Made by a program: the position numbers and the translations under genes. Below the pieces are notes generated by a model that worked only from the letters and a program-made list of their open reading frames with translations, was not told where the DNA came from and made no database searches. A DNA stretch of 61,165 bases, filler included. It is 4 parts of 4 records of this genome, joined end to end, with 100 filler letters (N's around TTAATTAATTAA, not from the genome) between each part and the next. Parts side by side here need not be neighbours in the genome. Positions count along the whole stretch, not along the records: positions 50,708 to 61,165 come from SRR31147125_23366; 3 more parts are not named here. One strand, given 5' to 3'. Of this stretch, positions 52,083 through 60,801 are shown piece by piece (the stretch's first letter is position 1; every line of letters begins with the position of its first letter).

Positions 52083-52366
52083 ATTAGTTTCTTCCTTTCC
52101 CCCTTCCCCCGTTTCCAATACATCAAAAAATCCCCCCGAAGAAATATACTACAAGAATAATAATTAATCATTTTTCAAATTATTATTCTCAAAATTGTTT
52201 TCTTTCGGAATAGATATTTCATAACGAAACATTTTTTGTTCTAAATGACCTTTACTTACTATTCATATAATTTCCTTCTTAATTTTTAAAAAAAATAAAT
52301 TTTTGCTAAAAAAAGAGCAGATTCGATAACAAACTACTCTTTTTTGAAAATGAATTCTATCTTAAT

Positions 52367-52878
52367 TTATTCTTCTTTATCTAAAATATGAAAAAAACCA
52401 GTTTGAAAGAATAAATGTTCAATTAAAATTGATGTACCTATTATTAGAGGAATTGAAACAATAAATCTAATTATGGTAAATTGAATCCCCAGCATAGATG
52501 CTTCCCATAGCGTCATAGGAACTCTACAGACACATGAAGCCCCTAAGTAACTTAGAACGATACTTAACTTAGCTCCTTTTTGATGAATAGTATAAGCTAC
52601 TGGAGCTGATACAAACAAACCACCTATATTACTCGCTGCAAGTAATAATGCCCACAAGTAACCTTTCACTCCAGAATTTTCACCTAAATGTTTCATCACT
52701 GTTTCATTTTTACCCACACTTTGAATAATCCCAACAATAGAAATATAGCAGGCATGATAGAAAATATAAATCTTGAATGTTTTAGAAATTTTTCTCCTAT
52801 CTCCTCACCAGCTTGAAAACCTGTGTTTTTAGAGATAAATATAAATATAAGAAAAATAGCTGAAACGATATATATCAT
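52367..52878 (-). CDS. Predicted permease (DUF318-like half), frameshift near 52708
   Basis: LLGLFKVWV+KNETVMKHLGENSG, GGLFVSAP, KGA, EASMLG..FT..R. Confidence 0.75.
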
Positions 52879-52909
52879 CCTGTTTTTTCTTTTTGCTTTT
52901 CATCATTCG

Positions 52910-53380
52910 TCATAATATCACCCCAATCATTATTGATATAATAATTGCAATAATATAACTAGTTATATTTCTAATTAAAGCTAACTTAAATCCAAAATAT
53001 TTTTGCTCAATTGGGAATGTGATTATACCTACAAGCATTAGAGTTGTTGTAAATGCTCCCAATACCATATACGAAACTCCTTCATTGAGTAACAAACCTG
53101 ATAAAGGAAAAGCTATAAATCCAGGAATAACAGCTATTGAGCCTACTATTGATGCTAAAAAAGTTCCAATTAGCTCATTATCACCTCCGAGAGAGTTAGC
53201 AATTAAGCTAGGGGGAACAAAATAAAGTGATATAGACATAACTATAAGCATCAACAAAAACATCGGTAGTATATTTAAAAACATCTTTTTAGCAATCTTT
53301 GCAGATTTTATCGTTTTTTCTTTACTCTTCGTAAAGGAATAAAAATAGAGAAGAATACAGAAAATATATAGATATAACAT
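52910..53380 (-). CDS. Predicted permease (DUF318-like half)
   Basis: KEKT.KS, GSIAVIPGFIAFPL, TTLMLVG...FPIEQKYFG.K.A..RN. Confidence 0.8.
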   Translation of the reverse strand: MLYLYIFCILLYFYSFTKSKEKTIKSAKIAKKMFLNILPMFLLMLIVMSISLYFVPPSLIANSLGGDNELIGTFLASIVGSIAVIPGFIAFPLSGLLLNEGVSYMVLGAFTTTLMLVGIITFPIEQKYFGFKLALIRNITSYIIAIIISIMIGVIL

Positions 53381-53400
53381 AGAATCTCCCTTCACAAGTT

Positions 53401-53446
53401 ATTAGCATTTGCTAATTTATTCTACTCTATTTTTTTAAACTTGCAA
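53401..53446 (-). promoter_or_regulatory. Permease promoter with palindromic operator
   Basis: TTGCAA (53441-53446), 16 bp, TAGAAT (53419-53424); ATTAGCA-TT-TGCTAAT at 53401-53416. Confidence 0.6.
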
Positions 53447-53483
53447 TACAAACCAAATATTTTTTATTCCTAAATAATAGAAA

Positions 53484-53513
53484 TCAATAGCCTACGCCGT
53501 AAACGGACGAGGT
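53484..53513. mobile_element. Isolated IS200/IS605-like terminal hairpin
   Basis: TCAATAG-CCTACGCCG-TAAA-CGGACGAGG, a GC-rich bulged hairpin in AT-rich DNA. Confidence 0.4.
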
Positions 53514-53580
53514 AAGGATTATTTATTCTATCTTTTGTTGGAAACATTGATTCGATAGATTGATTTAATCAAAAAAACGA

Positions 53581-53618
53581 AAAATAGATCACCTAATAAA
53601 TTTTAGACGATCTATTTT
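53581..53618 (-). terminator. Terminator of the reductase operon
   Basis: AAAATAGATC...GATCTATTTT stem with T-rich tail on the minus strand. Confidence 0.65.
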
Positions 53619-53657
53619 CCTTTTATTTAATCAATCATTAGATACGATAATTATTCT

Positions 53658-55112
53658 CTATTCAGCAAAGTTATTACGAATATATGTTACTGCATTATTT
53701 CCTGCCATTCTACCTGAGTTTACTGCAAATCCTAAGCTGTTTCCAGGTAATATAAATACATAGTCAGGATTGTAAACTGAGTTTGCATCTGTTCCAACTG
53801 CATATAATCCCGGTATTTTTTCTCCCTCTGTATTTAAAACTTCTGTATGATGATTTATCTTAATTCCTCCTGCACTACCATAAGCACTTGGAGCGAATTT
53901 TAGAGCATAATATTTAGGCCCAATTAGAGGTTTCATATATTTTTTATTTTTATTAAATACCTCATCACCAGATTCACAGTTTGCGTTATATGTATTAACT
54001 GTATCAATCAATGCATCTTTATCTATTCCTGATTTTTCAGCTAAATCTTCGATTGAATCAGCCACGAACAATATATCACTACCGTCTCTTAGCATCTCAT
54101 TCATCTCATGTTTAAAGTCATCCATAGTAATCTGAGCAGTTACTACGTTGATTAATTGTAGTCCATCTTTCTCATACATCTTCATTATTGATTCATCAAT
54201 AATTGAATAAGCTGTCCTATCTTTTTGTCTACAGATAGCATTCACTGAAAATACAGGATTTTCTACTATTGCTTCATCAAAGAATCTCTCTCCCTCAAGG
54301 TTAACAAACAGGTTCGGTTGTCTGAAAGGAAGCTCTATTGGAGCATATCCTCCTGTATTTGGTGCAAAGAATACTAATTCCATATCAGTATGATCTTTGT
54401 CTGCTCCTGCATCCCACGCCATCTGGATTCCGTCTCCAGTCAGACCAGGTATTCTATATGAAAACAGATCTTTTCCCCACTCAAATTTTGTATGTTTTTT
54501 AATAAAGTCAGGGTTATCACCAAATCCACCTGTTGCGATTACTACAGCTGATGAATATGCTTCTATATCACCATCTTTATCAGTTGCAACTACTCCGATT
54601 ACTTCTCCTTCATCTTTAATTAGTTCTTTTATCGGAGTCTCAAGGTGAATCTTCACTCCCAACTCTTCTGCTCTATCTGTCATAGCCTTTATCATTGTTG
54701 CTGCTGCTCTTAGTCCAGGTGCTCCTGTCTTTGGCTGAACAATGTGCCATGTTGCTTCTGAACCAGGGAAATATTTTGAGGGAAGTGCAAATTTAACTCC
54801 CATAGCTTGTAACCATTCAATAGTCTCTGCTGATTGATCTACATATTTTTTAACTAATCTTCCGTCTGCTCTCCAATGTGTATAATTCATAAATTTCTCA
54901 AATACAGCTTCTTTTGTACAATCAATTAATCTCTCTTTTTGAAGTTTCGTCTCTGCTCCAAAAAGACCCATAGCCATGTTAGCACATCCGCCCGTTGTAT
55001 TTGCCTTTTCAAACACTATAACTTCTGCACCTTTTTCCGCTGCTGTAATTGCTGCCGCCAGTCCTGAAGCTCCTCCTCCAACGATTATTACATCTGATTC
55101 CATTTCTCTCAT
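53658..55112 (-). CDS. FAD_binding_2 family flavoprotein reductase, cytoplasmic, substrate unknown
   Basis: GGGASG, FEK...GG, ATGGF, GDG, VNLEGERF.DE, IPGLYAVG, GNSLGFAVNSGR; GAGGAGG RBS before ATG 55112. Confidence 0.88.
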   Translation of the reverse strand: MREMESDVIIVGGGASGLAAAITAAEKGAEVIVFEKANTTGGCANMAMGLFGAETKLQKERLIDCTKEAVFEKFMNYTHWRADGRLVKKYVDQSAETIEWLQAMGVKFALPSKYFPGSEATWHIVQPKTGAPGLRAAATMIKAMTDRAEELGVKIHLETPIKELIKDEGEVIGVVATDKDGDIEAYSSAVVIATGGFGDNPDFIKKHTKFEWGKDLFSYRIPGLTGDGIQMAWDAGADKDHTDMELVFFAPNTGGYAPIELPFRQPNLFVNLEGERFFDEAIVENPVFSVNAICRQKDRTAYSIIDESIMKMYEKDGLQLINVVTAQITMDDFKHEMNEMLRDGSDILFVADSIEDLAEKSGIDKDALIDTVNTYNANCESGDEVFNKNKKYMKPLIGPKYYALKFAPSAYGSAGGIKINHHTEVLNTEGEKIPGLYAVGTDANSVYNPDYVFILPGNSLGFAVNSGRMAGNNAVTYIRNNFAE

Positions 55113-55186
55113 TTGTTTCCTCCTCATTAGAATTTGTTTTATTTAATAACTCTATATAATTCAAATAATAGATAATACATAGTTTT

Positions 55187-56437
55187 TTATGATTTTCTTC
55201 TACGTCTCCTTGATACTCCCAGTCCTTTTTTAACAGGAGCATTTGCATCAAAACTTCCCACAGCTACTATCTCTAGCGGAATATTTGGTTTAACAGTTCC
55301 GTATCTCTTAATAGCGCTATTTTTACAGACCGTCTCACATCTGCCGCATCTTTCACAACTATCCATATCAATGATGTGGATCATATTTTCTCCGCCTCTG
55401 ATAGCATTCGCTCCGCATACTTCTATGCACTCTCCACACCCTACACATGTTGAAGGATCAACATAAAAATTTGAGTATGCATTACAAGTTAAAGTTGGAC
55501 ACATTTTCCTTTCGATGTGTTTATCAAATTCATCTCCAAATTTTTCGATTGCATCACTTATAGGTTTAGATGCCGTCACTCCATAGTCACAAAGAGTTGC
55601 TGAATTAATTTTTTCACTTATCTCTTTAGCAAAACTCAGATCCCCATCTTTACTTTTACCCTGAGTAGCATCTTTTAAGATCTTATGAATCTGATAAAAA
55701 CCTTCTCTACAGAGCACACACTTGCCACATGTTCCGTTATTATTTACCCGAGCATTCTTCATTGCCCAATCTACAACACATCTCTCTTTATGAAAGACCT
55801 CTATTTTTCCAATTTCCAGCATAGCTGTATCACTAAGAAGTTCATTATACTCAAACTTCATTCCCAACTCATTTTCAGTATATAAACTTCCACTACTTCC
55901 GCCAACTTGTACAAACTTAATTGTTTGATTCTCTTTAACCCCGTCTGCGTAATTATCAATAATCTCTCTTAAAGTTAATCCAAAAGGAACTTCAACTACA
56001 GTTTCTTTATTAACATCTCCTGTTAAAGTCATAATCTTCTTTTGCGTATTATCTTCGTCTAATAAAACTTTTCCTATTTGAACTAAAGTTTCTGCATTAT
56101 GAACCAGCGTTTCCCCATCAAACACTGAATCTATTAACTTTTTAGCTTCATCTACATAAACTATCTCTATGGATTTATCTATATTCTCATCAACATGTCT
56201 CATATATTCTCTATTTAAATAAACTGTACATCTATCTAAGTTATGCCAGTTAAGAGTATAGTTAATTCCTGCAATCAGTTTGTTAAAACTATTTTGTAAC
56301 AGATATTCCATATTTCTACTTTGATCTACATCCTCTATAATTAGACAACTTAGCTTTTTCCATTCCTTCTCATTCCATCTACTTAGTATCTCTTTCCCCT
56401 TTATTCCTTGCCCATATAAATTTAATGTTTCTGTCAT
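55187..56437 (-). CDS. NuoF/HydB-like Fe-S subunit with degenerate N-terminal flavin/NAD domain
   Basis: SLBB segment (VEVPFGLTLREII, QVGGSSG), TCGKCVLCREG...LC, HI...CP..C, two CxxCxxCxxxC. Confidence 0.85.
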   Translation of the reverse strand: MTETLNLYGQGIKGKEILSRWNEKEWKKLSCLIIEDVDQSRNMEYLLQNSFNKLIAGINYTLNWHNLDRCTVYLNREYMRHVDENIDKSIEIVYVDEAKKLIDSVFDGETLVHNAETLVQIGKVLLDEDNTQKKIMTLTGDVNKETVVEVPFGLTLREIIDNYADGVKENQTIKFVQVGGSSGSLYTENELGMKFEYNELLSDTAMLEIGKIEVFHKERCVVDWAMKNARVNNNGTCGKCVLCREGFYQIHKILKDATQGKSKDGDLSFAKEISEKINSATLCDYGVTASKPISDAIEKFGDEFDKHIERKMCPTLTCNAYSNFYVDPSTCVGCGECIEVCGANAIRGGENMIHIIDMDSCERCGRCETVCKNSAIKRYGTVKPNIPLEIVAVGSFDANAPVKKGLGVSRRRRRKS

Positions 56438-56448
56438 TTTCTCACCTC

Positions 56449-58560
56449 CTATCTGTGTTTATATTCTGTCCAGAATTTTTGTTTCGTTAATTGTGGTCTC
56501 AAATCACATTGTAAACATCTAGAGGCTTCACATTTTGCCTCTTTTTCAGCAAGCCCAATTGTCATCAGGTCAAAGTTATCTTTTCTCTCATCAACTGCTA
56601 CACAAGTAAAATTACTCTTCTCTATTTTGCTAAAACTTTCATCTATTCCCAGATAAGTGCTAATATCCTGCTCTGACGACAAATTTTCGCTAATATCACC
56701 ATCGCCACCTAAATATTTGTCAACACTTACTACTACCTTTCTAGCTTCTCCTATTGCTTGAATAACTGAAGATGTTCCGATTACAGCATCTCCCACTGCA
56801 AATACTCCCTCTAGGTTAGTTTTGCCATCTTTATTAACATCTATTAGAGATTTTCCCGTTGTTTTCAGCTCTTGGAAGTTATCAAGATTAACTCTTTGAC
56901 CAGTTGCAAAAATAATAGTTTCTCCCATTATTTCATGTTCTGAGTTCTCTTTAACTGTCAGATTTAATTTACCATTTTCATCAAATTCGAACTTTTCAAC
57001 TTCATTACAAAGCAGTCCTTTTACCTCATCATTTTTGCTGGCAATTTTAACAAAAGTTCTATCATTGTATATCTTGATTCCCTCTTCCAAGCCTTCCTCA
57101 ATCTCTTCGATACTGGCTGGCATATTCTCTCTTGATTCCAGACATACTATAGAAACATCTGTTACTCCCAGTCTTTTAGCTGTTCTAGCGCAATCAAATG
57201 CTACATTTCCTCCACCTAAAACAATTACTGAATCTTTAAGTTTTATATCATTTTCTACTAGTTCTCTTCTTAAGAAATCCATGTTAGTGTGAACATCAGG
57301 TAGCTCATGACCCTCTATTCCTATCTTCACACCCTTGTCTGTTCCAAGAGCCATTATAATTGCATCATAGTTTTCCTCTTTTAAGATATCAATAGAGTTA
57401 ACTTCACAGTTTGTTATGATATTAACACCTACTTCTCTTATTAAATCTATCTCTGACTCCACCACTTCATTTGGCAAACGATAATTTGGTATTCCGGCAG
57501 ATAACATTCCACCTGCTACAGGCAGTTTCTCCAACACATCTACATCATGCCCAAGTTTCGCTAAATAATAAGCCGCTGTCAGACCAGCAGGACCTGATCC
57601 CACTACTACTATTTTTTTACCTGTTTTTTCTTTTTGAAAAGCTTTCTCTTTCCATTTGTAACTATCTCTTTCAGAAGCAAAACGCTTTAGTTCTCTAACA
57701 GATACAGTTTCATTTATCTCACTTCTTCTACACTTCTCTTCACAGAATCTCATGCAAATAAGACCAAGTGATTTTGGGAATGGAGCTTTTTCTCTAATAA
57801 CAGCTGCAGCTTCATCAAAGTTTCCTTCCTTTATATATCTCACATACTTTGGTACATTTATCCCAGCAGGACATTCAGTCTTACATGGAACAAGTACATC
57901 TTCTCTGTTCCCCTCCCTAAACATACCGTCTTTATCTTGCAATGCGCCGGTAGGACAGACCTCTACACATGCACCGCAAAATTTACAGTTTGCTTCCATT
58001 AAAGATCTGTTTCCTTTTATTGCCACAAGCGATCTATCATTTTCACTCTTAGTACTCTCCCAGACACCTACACCTCTAATATCCTTACATACTCTGATAC
58101 ATCTGCCACACTGTATACACCTGTTTAGATCTCTTACTATCAATGGATTTGACGTATCAACAGGTACTGCATCAAGTGTTCTTCTAACTCTAGAAGTACT
58201 TACTCCTAAATACTGAATAAGTGACTGTAGTTCACATTTCAAATATTTTGGACATGTTGTACAGTCATCAACATGATTTGCAAGCATCAGTTCCATAGAC
58301 AATCTTCTCAGTTCATCTAATTTCTCTGATTTACTTGTAACTTTCATATCATTAGTAATCTTTGTTGTACATGAGGTTTGTATATCTTTTTCTCCCTCGA
58401 TTTCAACAACACACAATTGACATCCTCCTACAGGATGCAGATCAGGATGACCACACAGATGCGGGATAAAAATATCATTAGCTTCAGCAGCTTCGAGAAT
58501 AGTTTCACCTTTTTTCGCATACACATCTAATCCGTCAATTGAAATTTTAATCTTTTCCAT
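56449..58560 (-). CDS. NuoG/HydA-like Fe-S N-terminus fused to a GltD/NfnB-like FAD/NAD(P)H module
   Basis: IPHLC..GGCQLC..C [2Fe-2S]; H..DCTTC..C; CIQCGRCIRVC, CKFCGACVEVCP; then PCKTECP, ICMRFCEEKC, GSGPAG, GGGNVA, EASRCLQC. Confidence 0.9.
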   Translation of the reverse strand: MEKIKISIDGLDVYAKKGETILEAAEANDIFIPHLCGHPDLHPVGGCQLCVVEIEGEKDIQTSCTTKITNDMKVTSKSEKLDELRRLSMELMLANHVDDCTTCPKYLKCELQSLIQYLGVSTSRVRRTLDAVPVDTSNPLIVRDLNRCIQCGRCIRVCKDIRGVGVWESTKSENDRSLVAIKGNRSLMEANCKFCGACVEVCPTGALQDKDGMFREGNREDVLVPCKTECPAGINVPKYVRYIKEGNFDEAAAVIREKAPFPKSLGLICMRFCEEKCRRSEINETVSVRELKRFASERDSYKWKEKAFQKEKTGKKIVVVGSGPAGLTAAYYLAKLGHDVDVLEKLPVAGGMLSAGIPNYRLPNEVVESEIDLIREVGVNIITNCEVNSIDILKEENYDAIIMALGTDKGVKIGIEGHELPDVHTNMDFLRRELVENDIKLKDSVIVLGGGNVAFDCARTAKRLGVTDVSIVCLESRENMPASIEEIEEGLEEGIKIYNDRTFVKIASKNDEVKGLLCNEVEKFEFDENGKLNLTVKENSEHEIMGETIIFATGQRVNLDNFQELKTTGKSLIDVNKDGKTNLEGVFAVGDAVIGTSSVIQAIGEARKVVVSVDKYLGGDGDISENLSSEQDISTYLGIDESFSKIEKSNFTCVAVDERKDNFDLMTIGLAEKEAKCEASRCLQCDLRPQLTKQKFWTEYKHR

Positions 58561-58577
58561 CCAATAAAACCTCCGTC

Positions 58578-58606
58578 TTGACTATTTCAAATATTATTTC
58601 TATAAT
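58578..58606 (+). promoter_or_regulatory. Promoter of the MerR-family gene
   Basis: TTGACT, 17 bp, TATAAT. Confidence 0.75.
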
Positions 58607-58609
58607 ATG

Positions 58610-58640
58610 AGTATAAAGTCTGCCATAATGGCAAAGTCAA
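58610..58640 (-). promoter_or_regulatory. MerR-type promoter of the reductase operon
   Basis: TTGACT, 19 bp, TATACT, with a perfect dyad TGCCAT-A-ATGGCA (58621-58633) in the spacer. Confidence 0.9.
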
Positions 58641-58658
58641 TAGGGAGTGTGAAAAAAA

Positions 58659-59473
58659 TTGACAAATTTATACACGATTGGGCAAGTTGCCCGTTTTATG
58701 AACGTTTCATCTAAAATATTAAGACATTATGATCATCTGGGTTTATTAAAACCCTCTTATGTATGCCCAGAAACTAAATATAGATATTTTAGTTATGAGC
58801 AATTTTTTCGTATTGACATTATTAGATATTTAAACAAAACTTTGATGATACCCCTAGAAGATGTAAAGGAATTACTTCACAATGATAAAGGTTATTCCAA
58901 TCTAAGTGAAATATTAGATAACCATTCTAAAAGTCTAAAAAAGCAAATTGAGGATTTGGAATACTCTAAAAGATTAACTGACAATCTATTAGCTGATATG
59001 AAACATAAAAGCAATCATTTTGAAAAACCCAGAATATATGAAACATACCTCATGAGTCGAAACCTATACTATAAGGAACTGGATGTTTCTATCCTTGAAA
59101 TTGATAAATATGCAAATAGAAATTTTAAGAATATGATAGGAAAAGCGAATAAAGATAATGTTATGTGTTTACTCTTCTCGATGAATGAATTTAGAAAAAC
59201 AAAAGAATTAAGAGTGAAAGGTTTTTGTATATTTTCTGACGAAGAGATCGAAGGCTTAGAGAAGAAAACTCTCAAGGAGGGGCGTTATCTGGTTGATAGG
59301 TTTCAGTTTTCTGAAGAGAATCTATGTGCAAAGATGGATGAGATCTTAGATTATGAGAAAAAAACAATATTCATTTGTGCAATGATGCAATCTTAATTTC
59401 AAAAATGGTTAATCTTGAAGCTAGTTCAAAATATGATTACCTAATGGATTTACAGTTTAAGTTCAGTATATGA
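58659..59473 (+). CDS. MerR family regulator (BmrR-like, probable GyrI-type C-domain); frameshift in A-run near 59360
   Basis: YTIGQVA...VS...LRHYD..GLLKP...YRYF; adding one A extends to ...YDYLMDLQFKFSI stop. Confidence 0.9.
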
Positions 59474-59500
59474 AAAAGGCAGACTACTCTAGTCTGCCTT
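59473..59500. terminator. Bidirectional terminator
   Basis: AAGGCAGACTA-CTC-TAGTCTGCCTT between convergent genes. Confidence 0.85.
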
Positions 59501-59502
59501 AA

Positions 59503-60525
59503 TTACTCTATTACATATCTGTCTCTACCCTGTTTTTTTGCTTTATATAAATTATCATCTACTCTTTTAAACAGCGATAACATATCGTCTAAAACTTCCA
59601 GTTTAGTGACCCCTGCACTAATTGTTATTATAATTCCTTCAACTTCCATCTCACGAACTTTTGTAAAAAACGTCTCTACTGTTTCAAGAAACTCCTGCTC
59701 TGACTTCTCTATTATCATACAGAATTCATCTCCACCCCATCGGGATATAAAAGCCGCCCCCATTACTTCTCTGGTTGTTTCTGAAAGTTTCTTCAGAACT
59801 TTATCTCCCTCTTTATGCCCATAATTGTCATTTAGTCTTTTGAAATAATCTATATCAAACAATACTAGCCATATCTCGGTATCAAGGTGTTCTTTTCCTT
59901 CCAGTATCTCCGCTAATCTGTCATCAAATGCTCTACGGTTATAAAAATTTGTTAGAGAATCGTGCATTGCTAAATATTTTAGTTTTTTATTCGCTTCCTC
60001 TAGTTTTTGCTTATCATCAATATAAGAATTAATGAATTGTACTAGTATCCAATAAGAAAACCCAAGAGTTAAAGGTATTTGAATCAACCTATCGAAATAC
60101 TGACTTGATTCAGAATAATCCCGAGCAACATCAGGAAAGTATCTCTCTAAAAAAAAGAGTAGAAATACAACGAGGAGTAATATTATATTTAAACTATTCC
60201 GTTTATTTTTTGGAAATAAAAATGTAATCGTAATTAAAAGTAGGAAAATATATGAGATACTATTTGCTATCTCTCCTCCTGCATCTATCCAACCTAAGGG
60301 TAGCAATATTAATAATACTCCCAAAAAATATACAAATTTTAGGTCTCTTTGATTTTTACTATTAAGTAATATCCCGGAAACCATCAACATAAATATCCAT
60401 TTTACATTTACAACAAAAGAATAGCTCACTAATAAATTGCCAGCTATTGAAAACAGTGATAATATTGTAATTCCTCTTACGAGTATTAAGTATATTTTAT
60501 CCTGAAACTCTCCTCTGCTATCCAT
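59503..60525 (-). CDS. Membrane-bound diguanylate cyclase (paralog of 51058-52082)
   Basis: DSLTNFYNRR, DIDYFKRLNDNYGH..GD, RWGGDEF, LYKAKKQGRDR. Confidence 0.92.
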   Translation of the reverse strand: MDSRGEFQDKIYLILVRGITILSLFSIAGNLLVSYSFVVNVKWIFMLMVSGILLNSKNQRDLKFVYFLGVLLILLPLGWIDAGGEIANSISYIFLLLITITFLFPKNKRNSLNIILLLVVFLLFFLERYFPDVARDYSESSQYFDRLIQIPLTLGFSYWILVQFINSYIDDKQKLEEANKKLKYLAMHDSLTNFYNRRAFDDRLAEILEGKEHLDTEIWLVLFDIDYFKRLNDNYGHKEGDKVLKKLSETTREVMGAAFISRWGGDEFCMIIEKSEQEFLETVETFFTKVREMEVEGIIITISAGVTKLEVLDDMLSLFKRVDDNLYKAKKQGRDRYVIE

Positions 60526-60801
60526 TTCCCTCACCAAAATATAAAAGATTTTAATTAAAAAATATGTCTCTTTAAAGGTTTAATTGAACTTGTCTTCGAA
60601 AAATCTTTTATACGAAACTCAATCTAATTTAATAAGTTCATTATACATTATCCCTATAAATTAGTCAAAAGTATATTATTCCTTAGTTTTCAATTCATAA
60701 TTCTCGTATAATATTCTAAAGAGTTAAATTTAAAGTTTTGCTTTTCCAAAACTTTTACTGTTTCTGTTTTCCACTTATATTATAAATAAAGGAGTATAAC
60801 A

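Noticed and set aside
56449-58560. [FeFe]-hydrogenase or formate dehydrogenase large subunit
   Set aside because: After the Fe-S N-terminus there are no H-cluster or molybdopterin motifs; a GltD-like module follows directly
8552-59473. Many split genes (ABC permeases, GH92, HD protein, pth, rimI, GGDEF, permease, MerR) as pseudogenes or programmed frameshifts
   Set aside because: Mostly 1-nt indels in A/T runs, present in all four organisms and in normally essential pth; best explained by homopolymer sequencing error
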